Below, piece by piece: positions 1 through 9,459 of a stretch of DNA of 30,902 nucleotides; positions within the stretch are counted from its first letter, which is position 1; every line of letters begins with the position of its first letter. The translations under genes and the position numbers were made by a program. The DNA comes from Macrostomum lignano (lineage: Eukaryota), in contig NIVC01003441.1 of NCBI GenBank assembly GCA_002269645.1, forward strand, positions 1 to 30,902, written 5' to 3'. The notes under the pieces are model-generated. The model did not search any database. It was not told where the DNA came from and saw nothing but the letters and a program-made list of their open reading frames with translations.

Positions 1-612
1 CAAAGCGGCACTCAGGCCGCCGTGTCTGCCTTCAGTTTTTCATCCATCAGGAATATTAATAGAGACTTTTATTGTCAGGCAAAGGGAAAATTCTGCTCAT
101 GCTCTGTATATATTTTCCATTAATAATAATAACAAGCACACTTGAGTGAGCAGCGGTGATGAGGCACCGCAGCCACACGATGATGGGAGCTGGGGGGGAA
201 TACAGATATGAATCGCCTACAATTAATAGCAAAAACTAGCGAAAGCAGATCAGAAAAAACAACCGATGCACTGCAGAATGAACCGATGCCACTTTTCGGC
301 AGGTAATTTTTGATACTCTGTGCCTACAGCACAGCATGAGCAGCTTATTAGTTGAGGTTGACTCGTGAGAATTAAATTTCTGTTATTCTTAACCAGATTT
401 TGGAAAGATTGCAGTCAGATTGAGCTTGTTCAAGCTTGCGGCTTGCATAGAGAATAAATATTCTGCCTTAAGTAACTGTCAAATCAACGTTGGAAAGAAA
501 GACCAACTTGCACAGCTGACCTAAAAAAGCTGAAAAATGAAAAAAATGGTTAAGACAGTTTGGATCAGAAATCGGCTGCGACAAAAACTGCATGGATTTC
601 CGGTGTGGCACC

Positions 613-987
613 CTACTTGAGCCCGTCAGCTCGATCAGTAGAGGCTGTCGGCTGCATGGAGGACGTCAGCGCCGCCGTCAGCAGCGGGTCGAACAGCAGG
701 TACCCGGAGCTCGGTCGCAGCTTCTCGTGCTGCCAATGGGCTGGAAGTTGCTGCTGGAGCGCCGGACGAGCCGATGGACAGCATCTGCAGCCGGCTGCGG
801 CTCCTCGGGCTCCGCGTTCCACGGCTGGCGCCCACCACGAGCGGCACCGCAGGTTGAGGTCCTTGCGCAGCCCTCGACCTCGGCGCGGAACAGCAGCGAG
901 TAGCTGACGCTGGCCAGGCGGCAGTGCGGCAGCCCTGACGGCGGGACCGGCCGAGGATCCGCAGGCGGACGTTGAGCCAGCGCCGGG
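613..987 (-). CDS. Last coding exon of alpha-arrestin (ARRDC-like) gene, arrestin-C domain end; apparent frameshifts
   Basis: Acceptor CCCTCCCCAG| ends at 988. A phase-1 join with the upstream exon gives HLE-A-RRWLNVRLRI. Three -1 shifts (~951, ~865, ~848) restore PVPPSGLPHCRLASVSYSLLFRAEVEGC-KDLNL-VPLVVG, the typical arrestin-C end. The stop is uncertain (613 or 635 depending on frame). Confidence 0.7.
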   Translation of the reverse strand, partial: PGAGSTSACGSSAGPAVRAAALPPGQRQLLAAVPRRGRGLRKDLNLRCRSWWAPAVERGARGAAAGCRCCPSARPALQQQLPAHWQHEKLRPSSGYLLFDPLLTAALTSSMQPTASTDRADGLK

Positions 988-1100
988 CTGGGGAGGGAGG
1001 GCAGGGGAGATCCGGGTCTGGCTTGCTAAAATTATTCAATTGTTTCTCTGCCATTCGAATATTCTCTATTCGATAGTCGCTTCCCCAAAATCAGCACAAT

Positions 1101-1338
1101 TGTAGCCTAGCGTCAGAGCGTTGGACTCATGACTGAAAGGTCGGGGTTCGATTCTCGATCCACTCCGAACAACTTGTGTTCTTGAGTAAGGCACTCAACT
1201 CTGCGTTGCTCAGTTCAGTTCACCCAGCTGTAAAATGGGTGCCAGCATTAGCTGGGGAAATTGAGGGTGTGTGTGGTGACCCCCCCCCAGTCCCGCAATC
1301 GCTGCGGCTAAGCTGCCGGTTGCACATCTGCCCATTAG
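1101..1338 (+). mobile_element. tRNA-derived SINE with CORE/MIR-like central domain, copy 1 (in ARRDC intron)
   Basis: A-box-like TAGCCTAGCGTCAG and B-box GGTTCGATTCT (1145-1155). Central block TGTGTTCTTGAGTAAGGCACTCAACT...CAGCTGTAAAATGGG (1174-1240). Aligns by eye with the reverse complement of 7898-8196; the 3' tail is replaced by a minisatellite. Confidence 0.75.
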
Positions 1339-1342
1339 GAAT

Positions 1343-1623
1343 CCCGTGTGTTCCTGTGGGGATGCCAGACACTGTCCCGTGTGTTCCTGTGGGAATGCCA
1401 GACACTGTCCCGTGTGTTTCTGTGGGAATGCCAGACACTGTCCCGTGTGTTCCTGTGGGAATGCCAGACACTGTCCCGTGTGTTTCTGTGGGAATGCCAG
1501 ACACTGTCCCGTGTGTTCCTGTGGGAATGCCAGACACTGTCCCGTGTGTTCCTGTGGAATGCCAGACACTGTCCCTTGTGTTTTTGTGGGGATTCCAGAC
1601 ACTGTCCGCGTGTTCCTGTGGGG
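1343..1623. repeat. 33-bp minisatellite (CCAGACACTGTCCCGTGTGTTCCTGTGGGAATG), ~8.5 copies
   Basis: Direct tandem periodicity of 33 nt. Confidence 0.95.
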
Positions 1624-2282
1624 TTGGCAAACAGAACTGAATATGGAATTCGGTAAGCCACGAGTTATCTGAGACGCTGGCATTAATCCAGCAGTTGAGA
1701 GGCGAGCTCCGGCCTGTCAGCTGTGGTGCAAGTGGGTCTCAATCAAGGACGACCTAGCTGAGTAGGACTCAGTAAACTAAGACTAAAAAGGCTGTGCAAA
1801 AGTCAATTAATCAATAAAACGGGTAGGTCATCATAAAAGATGAGCCTCTAAAACCTGCCTCCAATAAAACGCCTGCCTTGAAAGATTTTCAAAGAAACGA
1901 ACATTTTCCAGCCCTACGGACATGCAAGTCTACGGCCTCAATACTGCTTAAAGTACGGGACGGGCAGAGTTAGCAGTGGGGTAGCAGAGAGGGATAGAGG
2001 TTAAGGACCTCGCACTGGATGAAGAACACTGGAGAGAGGCAGGCGGACTGGATTACAGGCCAAGAGTGTGCGGGCAACCATGTGGTTCCGTCCTCCTACA
2101 GGCCAGAAGTCCAAGGTCACTAATTAGTGTCCGGGAGGTGCTTTGAATCTCAAAAATGCGGTCGAAAATGGGCTTAGAGCAGGGCTCGGCAAACTTATTT
2201 ACCTCAAGGCCAGATAAAGAAACCAGCTCATGGCAGCGGCCAGGTGAGAGCAGAAGGAGAGGGAATGCGAGCTTGTAGAAAA

Positions 2283-2610
2283 TGAGAGAGGAGAGAAGAG
2301 AGGAGAAGCGAGAGATTAGATGAGAGAAAATGCAGCAGATACGAGTAGAGGAGAGGGGAGAGAAGAGAGAGAAAAGAGGAGAGAGAGCAAGAGAGGAGAG
2401 GAGAGGGGGAGAAGAGAGAGAAGATGGAAGAGAGAGGGAGAGAAAAGAGGAGAGGGGAAAGAGAAGAGAGGAGAGAGGAGAGAAGAGAGTGGAGAGAGAG
2501 AGAGGGAGAGAAAAGAGGAGAGGGAAAAGAGGAGAGAGGAGAGAAGAGAGTGGAGAGAGAAGAGAGGGAGAGAAAAGAGGAGAGGGAAAAGAGGAGAGAG
2601 GAGAGAAGAG
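2283..2610. repeat. GA-rich microsatellite / low-complexity tract inside the MITE
   Basis: Almost pure purine (GGAGA/GAGAG) sequence. Confidence 0.95.
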
Positions 2611-2625
2611 ACATAAACCTTGAGC

Positions 2626-2893
2626 GGCCGGATTGCTATTTTAAAGTCTCAAAGGACCCGAGGGCCGGATTGCCATTTTAAAGTCTCAAAGGACCCAAGG
2701 GCCGGATTGCTATTTTAAAGTCTCAAAGGACCCGAGGGCCGGATTGCTATTTTAAAGTCTCAAAGGACCCGAGGGCCGGATTGCTATTTTAAAGTCTCAA
2801 AGGACCCGAGGGCTGGATTGCTATTTTAAAGTCTCAAAGGACCCGAGGGCCGGATTGCTATTTTAAAGTCTCAAAGGACCCGAGGGCCGGATT
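2626..2893. repeat. 37-bp minisatellite (GGCCGGATTGCTATTTTAAAGTCTCAAAGGACCCGAG), 7+ copies, inside the MITE
   Basis: Units start at 2626, 2663, 2700, 2737, 2774, 2811 and 2848, with a partial unit at 2885. Confidence 0.95.
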
Positions 2894-3980
2894 GAGAGGC
2901 TTCGCGGGCCGGAGTTTGCCGACCCCTGACTTGAAGTCTTTTCTTGGAGCAGTTCCTACAGCTGTTGCTATATGATGAAGGAATCTGTTTTCAAGGGATC
3001 GCGAATCGCCTGCAATCCCACAAAGTTCAGGTGGAGGCCTTGCTGCCTGAGAACTGACTCCAAGAAACTCGGGCTGCTTTTGACTTGAGAGAACGCGCGA
3101 TTAAGTCTCAGATTTAGCTACCCGAATCTCATCCGGGACGGGAGTCTCCATTCATATCGATTCATTCATTCCCTGCCAATCTCTTGAGAACTTCTGCGCC
3201 ACGAGTGGCTCTCGATGAGACAAGGCCTGCCGGGATGCATAGACTGACAATTCCCATCATGTCAGACGGAAGTAAACATCTTTCCTGGACTAAAAGGGGG
3301 GTGGGGAGAATTTCTGCCTCGACACAAGCGCTGACAATTTTTAGCAGGCCCTGGCAACACCGCGCTCAGGCCTAAGCCAGGATCCCAGCTGCTGCTGCTT
3401 TCGCTACAGGAAGGAGGGGAGCCGCTTTCCCTGGACTCCCTGTGTGCGCTTAGGGACAAAAAGTCGTCACCTCTGGGAAGAGGCGCGCTGCAATTAGCAA
3501 GCAGCAGCAGCTCACGGTGCTGGCGAAGTCCCCAGACAGCGGGAAAACCGAACAGCAGCCAGCAGAATTCGGGCTTTTCACAGCGGGGGGCGGCGCCCAA
3601 ACATCACGGGGGGGGGCAGCTTCACAGCGCCAACAGCCTCATCGCCAGACTAGGGATAACAATTACTGGCGATGCTTATTAAGTGTATGAGGGAGGCTGA
3701 TTCGCTCGGCTGCATCTTGTTGCTGCGTGGAAAACGTGGGCGGGATCTGCTAGCTGGTCCAAATACACGCGACAAGCAATTACTCAACTGAGGCATCAGA
3801 GCGAAAAAAGAAAGCTGCGCTGAATCGGCATGCAAATCGCCAATCTCCTAACGTGACTTTTTCCCTCAGCTGCCAGCTTCTGAACCAATCACTCTCTGAC
3901 AGGCTACCAGATCTCTGGCGGTTGATTGTAAAGTAGTTACAGAATTTTTGATAGAATCAAACAGACTCGTCCGATCCCAA

Positions 3981-4364
3981 ACCAGCTCTGCCAGTCACTC
4001 CCCTACCAGCTCAGCCAGTCACTCCCCTACCAGCTCAGCCAGTCACTCCCCTACCAGCTCAGCCAGTCACTCCCCTACCAGCTCAGCCAGTCACTCCCCT
4101 ACCAGCTCAGCCCTCAGCCAGTCACTCCCCTACCAGCTCAGCCAGTCACTCCCTACCAGCTCAGCCAATCACTCCCCTACCAGCTCAGCCAATCACTCCC
4201 CTACCAGCTCAGCCAGTCACTCCCTACCAGCTCAGCCAGTCACTCCCCTACCAGCTCAGCCAGTCACTCCCCTACCAGCTCAGCCAGTCACTCCCCTACC
4301 AGCTCAGCCAGTCACTCCCCTACCAGCTCAACCAGTCACTCCCCTACCAGCTCATCCAGTCACT
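3981..4364. repeat. 24-bp minisatellite (CCAGCTCAGCCAGTCACTCCCCTA), ~16 copies
   Basis: Tandem periodicity; ends a few bp from the ARRDC splice donor at 4371. Confidence 0.95.
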
Positions 4365-4371
4365 CGATTAC

Positions 4372-5167
4372 CCTCCAAGTGGCCGATGCGGTATTCGTCG
4401 GTCCTGTCGGTGACCAGCAGGGTCTCCCGGTGCTGCTGCTGCCCCCCAGCTTGGTACAGACACTCCATCATCAGCCCGACGCACAGCCGGCTGATGGCCT
4501 TCCGCGACCGGTTGTTCACGGTGGCGTCAATCTTGATGTACTCGCTTGGAGCGTACACCCGCCGCGGCAGCGACAGGGAGGCCTTCACGCACCTGCTGCC
4601 GCCAACCGCCATTCGGGCGTCAACAATACAGGGCTGCATCAACTCGGAGTGATCTTCTAGCTCCAGAAGGCTCTCGACGCTGAACGCCTCAACGGCGCTC
4701 CAAGGACCGTCTGTGTCGCCATCGGCCTGCATGACGGCCTTGGCTGAGTAGGCCACGCTGCCGCAGCTGCCGGTGAAAGTCGATGGCAGGTGGTGCGGCA
4801 GGCGGCTGGAGAAGGGGAACTCGTGCTCTCCGGCCTGCAGCGTCACGACCTCGCCAGGCCCCGTGGCCACCAGCTCGGCTATGTCGTTGATGTACACCTC
4901 ATCGTCTTGAACGAAATGGCCGCCGCCGAGGCCCCAGCCGACATGGCCGCAGCCGCGCACCACCAGGTCGAGATTGCGCACCTTCAGCGGACGCAGCAGC
5001 CGCAGGCGGACTCGGCCGGTGAGCTGCTGGCCGGGCCGGAAGACGAGTACAGCTGCGGCAGCGGCTGCCGGCTCAGTTGAGTCCAAGTGCAGCGAGAACT
5101 CGCTGACGGCCGAGTCGCCGTGAAAATAATCGTTGCCCGGCTGTCTGGAAGAGTGGCCATTGAGCAT
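4372..5167 (-). CDS. Alpha-arrestin / arrestin-domain-containing protein (ARRDC-like), main coding exon
   Basis: Arrestin-N motifs VFRPGQQLTGRV, VRGCGHVGW, GEHEFPFSSRLPHHLPSTFTGSCGSVAYSAKA. Arrestin-C start VKASLSLPRRVYAPSEYIKIDATVNNRS. Donor G|GTAATC at 4371. Orthologue not assignable. Confidence 0.9.
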
Positions 5168-5700
5168 CTTGGGGCAAAGTTGGCTGGGCAGGCGGTTTGA
5201 AGGGCTGTTTTGCTGTGAGTGGAGGCTTAGTGGCTCAGTTTATCTTGTCTCAATCTCTCTGCTGTTCCCCTCAGGCGAAGTAGTGTTATTTTAGTAATGA
5301 GGTCATCAGAGTGTGTTCTCTGAGTTGTACAGCCCAGCCCTGCTTATTATTGCAGTTTCCCAATGGGCTGGCCCGGCGCACAATGAGGGGGTGGCAGCGG
5401 GTGAATGCGGGCACACACTGCACTGCAGGCGTGTGTAGCGCACTGCCTTACTTGCTTTTCCTTTTATTTTTAGACTTGAAATTTACAGGTAAGAGCTGCC
5501 GTTGCTTGCGATAGAAAAGAGCCTCCACGCCTTTTGTTTTCTTGGCTTAGTAATTTCAGACAGTTGAGGTTGTTTTCATCAGCTGAGTGAGTTTAGCCAG
5601 AATAGAGTGCTCTTGAATCCAAGTACGCCCGTACTTACAAAAGCCTTTTTGAGCGAGCTGAACCTGGCCGATTGTGTCACCTAGTATACAGGTGTAGCCT

Positions 5701-6695
5701 GAGCCTTGAGTCACCTGCGCTGAATGCACAGCATGAGCCTTGAGTCACCTGCGCTGAATGCACAGCATGAGCCTTGAGTCACCTGCGCTGAATGCACAGC
5801 ATGAGCCTTGAGTCCCGTGCGCTGAATGCACAGCATGAGCCTTGAGTCACCTGCGCTGAATGCACAGCATGAGCCTTGAGTCACCTGCGCTGAATGCACA
5901 GCATGAGCCTTGAGTCCCGTGCGCTGAATGCACAGCATGAGCCTTGAGTCACCTGCGCTGAATGCACAGCATGAGCCTTGAGTCACCTGCGCTGAATGCA
6001 CAGCATGAGCCTTGAGTCACCTGCGCTGAATGCACAGCATGAGCCTTGAGTCACCTGCGCTGAATGCACAGCATGAGCCTTGAGTCACCTGCGCTGAATG
6101 CACAGCATGAGCCTTGAGTCACCTGCGCTGAATGCACAGCATGAGCCTTGAGTCACCTGCGCTGAATGCACAGCATGAGCCTTGAGTCACCTGCGCTGAA
6201 TGCACAGCATGAGCCTTGAGTCACCTGCGCTGAATGCACAGCATGAGCCTTGAGTCACATGATCTGCACACACAGTCTGAGCCTTGAGTCACATGATCTG
6301 CACACACAGTCTGAGCCTTGAGTCACATGATCTGCACGCACAGTCTTAATCACATGATCTGCACGCACAGTCTGAGTCTTGAGTCACATGCTCTGCACAC
6401 ACAGTCTGAGTCTTGAGCCACATGATCTGCACGCACAGTCTTAATCACATGATCTGCACGCACAGTCTGAGTCTTGAGTCACATGCTCTGCACACACAGT
6501 CTGAGTCTTGAGCCACATGATCTGCACACACAGCTGAGCCTTGAGTCACATGATCTGCACACACAGCTGAGCCTTGAGTCACATGATCTGCACACACAGT
6601 CTGAGTCTTGAGCCACATGATCTGCACACACAGTCTGAGTCTTGAGCCACATGATCTGCACGCACAGTCTGAGCCTTGAGCCACATGATCTGCAC
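5701..6695. repeat. Two-phase 34-bp minisatellite: ~16 x GAGCCTTGAGTCACCTGCGCTGAATGCACAGCAT, then variant GAGCCTTGAGTCACATGATCTGCACACACAGTCT
   Basis: Period 34 from 5701 to ~6245, then a more divergent related unit to ~6695 sharing the first 14 nt. Confidence 0.95.
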
Positions 6696-7193
6696 TCTTC
6701 ACTGATCACTGTGCGAATATCAACAAAGCATCCCAGGTGCATCAAACAAGGCGAGTTTGTGCGATCAGGCCATCTCTCGCTCAGATCCAGGATGAATTCA
6801 CTCAAAAGCGATCAGCCTCAAGGATGTTAGTCGTAAATCAACTGAACACAAATTTAGACTCGGATGCGCATCTGGGACGGCAGCTGAGGCGCCCCATCGA
6901 GGACTGCTTGAGTTCGAATGTAGCGTCTGAACTCATTTTTTACGATGGGGCAGCTCGCTGCTAAAGTGGTTTTGCTTGAGCAAACATTACCGATGAGCCT
7001 GTAGAGATCTCAGCCTCACCTGGCGGCGCAAATACCCGATCTCATAAATTATTCGCCAGAGCTCTCCTACTCAGCATCCGCTCTGATAACTTGAGAACTT
7101 GGCTCCCTCACGGGGGGGGGGGAGCGCGATGTGCCTACCCGGAATACTCGGTGCAGTGGAAGACGGATCACGCGAGAAGGTTAAAAGTCCACT

Positions 7194-7885
7194 ATACTGT
7201 CTGTCATAGCTATCAGTACTGTCTGTTATTACTGTCAGTACTGTCTGTCGTTGCTGTCAGTACTGTCTGTCATAGCTATCAGTACTGTCTGTCAATACTG
7301 TCAGTACTGTCTGTTATTACTGTCAGTACTGTCTGTCGTTGCTGTCAGTACTGTCTGTCGTTGCTGTCAGTACTGTCTGTCGTTGCTGTCAGTACTGTCT
7401 GTCATTACTGTCGGTACTGTCTGTCATTACTGTCAGTACTGTCTGTCATAGCTATCAGTACTGTCTGTCATAGCTATCAGTACTGTCTGTCGTTGCTATC
7501 AGTACTGTCTGTCATAGCTATCAGTACTGTCTGTCATTGCTTTCAGTACTGTCTGTCATAGCTATCAGTACTGTCTGTCATAGCTATCAGTACTGTCTGT
7601 CATAGCTGTCAGTATTGTCTGTCATTGCTGTCAGTACTGTCTGTCATTGCTGTCAGTACTGTCTGTCATAGCTATCAGTACTGTCTGTCATAGCTATCAG
7701 TACTGTCTGTCATTGCTATCAGTACTGTCTGTCATAGCTATCAGTACTGTCTGTCATTGCTATCAGTACTGTCTGTCATAGCTATCAGTACTGTCTGTCA
7801 TTGCTATCAGTACTGTCTGTCATAGCTATCAGTACTGTCTGTCAATGCTGTCATTGCTGTCAGTACTGACTGTATTACTGTCTGT
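7194..7885. repeat. 22-bp minisatellite (CAGTACTGTCTGTCATAGCTAT and variants), ~31 copies
   Basis: Period 22 (e.g. CTGTCTGTCA at 7681 and 7703). Confidence 0.95.
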
Positions 7886-7897
7886 CTGTACAGCTGA

Positions 7898-8196
7898 TAT
7901 AATAATAATAATTGATTTCACCTGCCCCAATGGGACCAGATGCGCAACCGACAGCTCAGCCGCGCGGCGCATCTGAAAGCTGAGTACGGCTGTTCAGTCC
8001 ATGGACTGAGGGGTCGCTACACACCCTCAATTACCCCAGCTAATGCTGGCACCCATTTTACAGCTGGGGGAACTGACAATGCAGAATTTAGCGTCTTACT
8101 CAAAGACACAAATTGTTCCAATGGAATCGGGAATCGAACCCTCGACCTTCAAGTCGTGACTCCGACGCTCTAACCACTCGGCTACGACCCGCTTTA
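7898..8196 (-). mobile_element. Full-length tRNA-derived CORE-like SINE, copy 2
   Basis: 12-bp TSD CTGTACAGCTGA at 7886-7897 and 8197-8208. Minus strand reads GGGTCGTAGCCGAGTGGTTAG (A box)...GGGTTCGATTCCC (B box), then central TGTGTCTTTGAGTAAGACGCTAAAT...CAGCTGTAAAATGGG and a (TTA)n tail at 7899-7911. Confidence 0.85.
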
Positions 8197-8218
8197 CTGT
8201 ACAGCTGAATAAAAAAGT

Positions 8219-9044
8219 TGTGATGATGGGGCTCGGTCCTTTCGTGCCCCTTTCCCAGACCCGGGTTCGTGTACTGACCCTGGCTGCGGTCCTCCACTGA
8301 CACGCGTACGACGCGGTGTCCGTCGGGACTAGGCTGCTCGAGCGTACGACGCACGACAGCCTACAGACTCGCGTACGACGCAGAGCTGCTTGGGGTGGGA
8401 CCGGCGTACGACGCACTTAATCCCTCTAAGGTGCCTAGTACAGATGCAGACCCAAATGACGTACGAATTGGAAGGCTTACCAGCCGCGATTTCAGTCGTA
8501 CAAGAACCAGCGCCGTCAGAGCAGTGGTGATCTCGATATTCTTTATTTATATATTTGTCTAGCAATTCTGCGAGGAATAGCAATTCAGCAACCAACGCTG
8601 GCACAATCGCCGAGGAGCCACGAAGACGACGAGAATGGGGTCTCAAGGGGCCGAATAAATAGGCAGCAAACTGGGGGTTGAGGGCGCGGGATAAAGGCAG
8701 AAAAGGGGGCTTAGACATCAGCCAAGGCAACGCATGAGCTGTACCAGCCAATCGCCGGGGCGCAGCACGGCAGACTGGGACTGGCAGCCAATCACAAACA
8801 GGGGCGGGGCAGCAAAGCTAACAAAATAATGGGGCGGGGTCGCACAGGGGGGGGGGTCGCACGCAGAGCATGGGGGGGTTGACTCAACAGAAAAGGTCTA
8901 GGCAGGGAGGGGAGGGGTACGCACGCGCAGAAGTGCAGGTGAGTGAGTCAGAAAATATCTAAGGAGGGGGGAGGGGAGAGGACGGCCCACTGGCCCGGTG
9001 CAGCAACTAAGCAAAGAGCACACTGTCATAACACATTCATGACA
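8219..9044 (-). repeat. 3' LTR (826 bp)
   Basis: Direct repeat of 15847-16675; minus-strand termini TGTCATGA...TCATCACA. Confidence 0.98.
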
Positions 9045-9056
9045 CTCCCTCCCCCT
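9045..9056 (-). promoter_or_regulatory. Polypurine tract (AGGGGGAGGGAG)
   Basis: Pure purine run directly abutting the 3' LTR. Confidence 0.92.
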
Positions 9057-9459
9057 AGACAAAAGTTCGAGTTCGAAAAGTCGAATATTGAAATGATGCT
9101 ACTATAACAAAAAAATTGAACAGAGGAACAAACCGCATTTGAAAATATTTTGGACTCGCATGGCAACTAGTTCGAACAAAAAACAAAAAAATGAAACCGT
9201 CAAACATTTACCCTCACAAGTAATACTAGCACTGCTTCCCTGCATCCCGCCGAGTACGGCCGTCGCTCTGGTGCCTCGTCTCCCTGTCGCTACTGTCGCC
9301 GGTTGCTCTGGTCGCTCTGCGCTGGTCGTCGAGTCCTGCGGTTGCTGCACAGCCGTGTCGCTCCGTCAGCACCCGTTAAGGCCGGTCCACCTCCGCTCCG
9401 CTGTCCCTGGGTCTGCACTGCAAAGTCCCTAGCCCCAAAGTCCCTAGGAAGACATAGCC

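Larger units (their letters stand above)
2180..2928. mobile_element. Non-autonomous hAT (Charlie-like) MITE
   Basis: 16-bp TIRs CAGGGCTCGGCAAACT (2180-2195) and AGTTTGCCGACCCCTG (2913-2928), 15/16 match. Flanking 8-mers GCTTAGAG and ACTTGAAG match 5/8 (degraded TSD). The ends resemble Charlie/MER58-type termini (from recall). Confidence 0.75.

Noticed and set aside
1176-1683. ORFs over the 33-bp repeat (also 2228-2681, 3948-4350, 5711-6805, 7091-7561, 18663-19022, 19161-19897, 20508-21139)
   Set aside because: Open frames produced by stop-free repeat units in introns or intergenic DNA.
3262-3600. Extra arrestin exon in the GC-rich intron segment
   Set aside because: No arrestin similarity, and exons 5167-4372 and 987 already join in phase with continuous homology.
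8120-8190. tRNA gene (also 1101-1170)
   Set aside because: The A/B boxes run straight into a shared non-tRNA body with a tail and TSD, so these are SINE heads.
9057-9459. A fourth ORF or ORF3 extension in the 3' UTR
   Set aside because: Two in-frame stops follow ORF3 and the short frames have no motifs. The CTAGGGACTTTG duplication (9421-9447) is too short to interpret.
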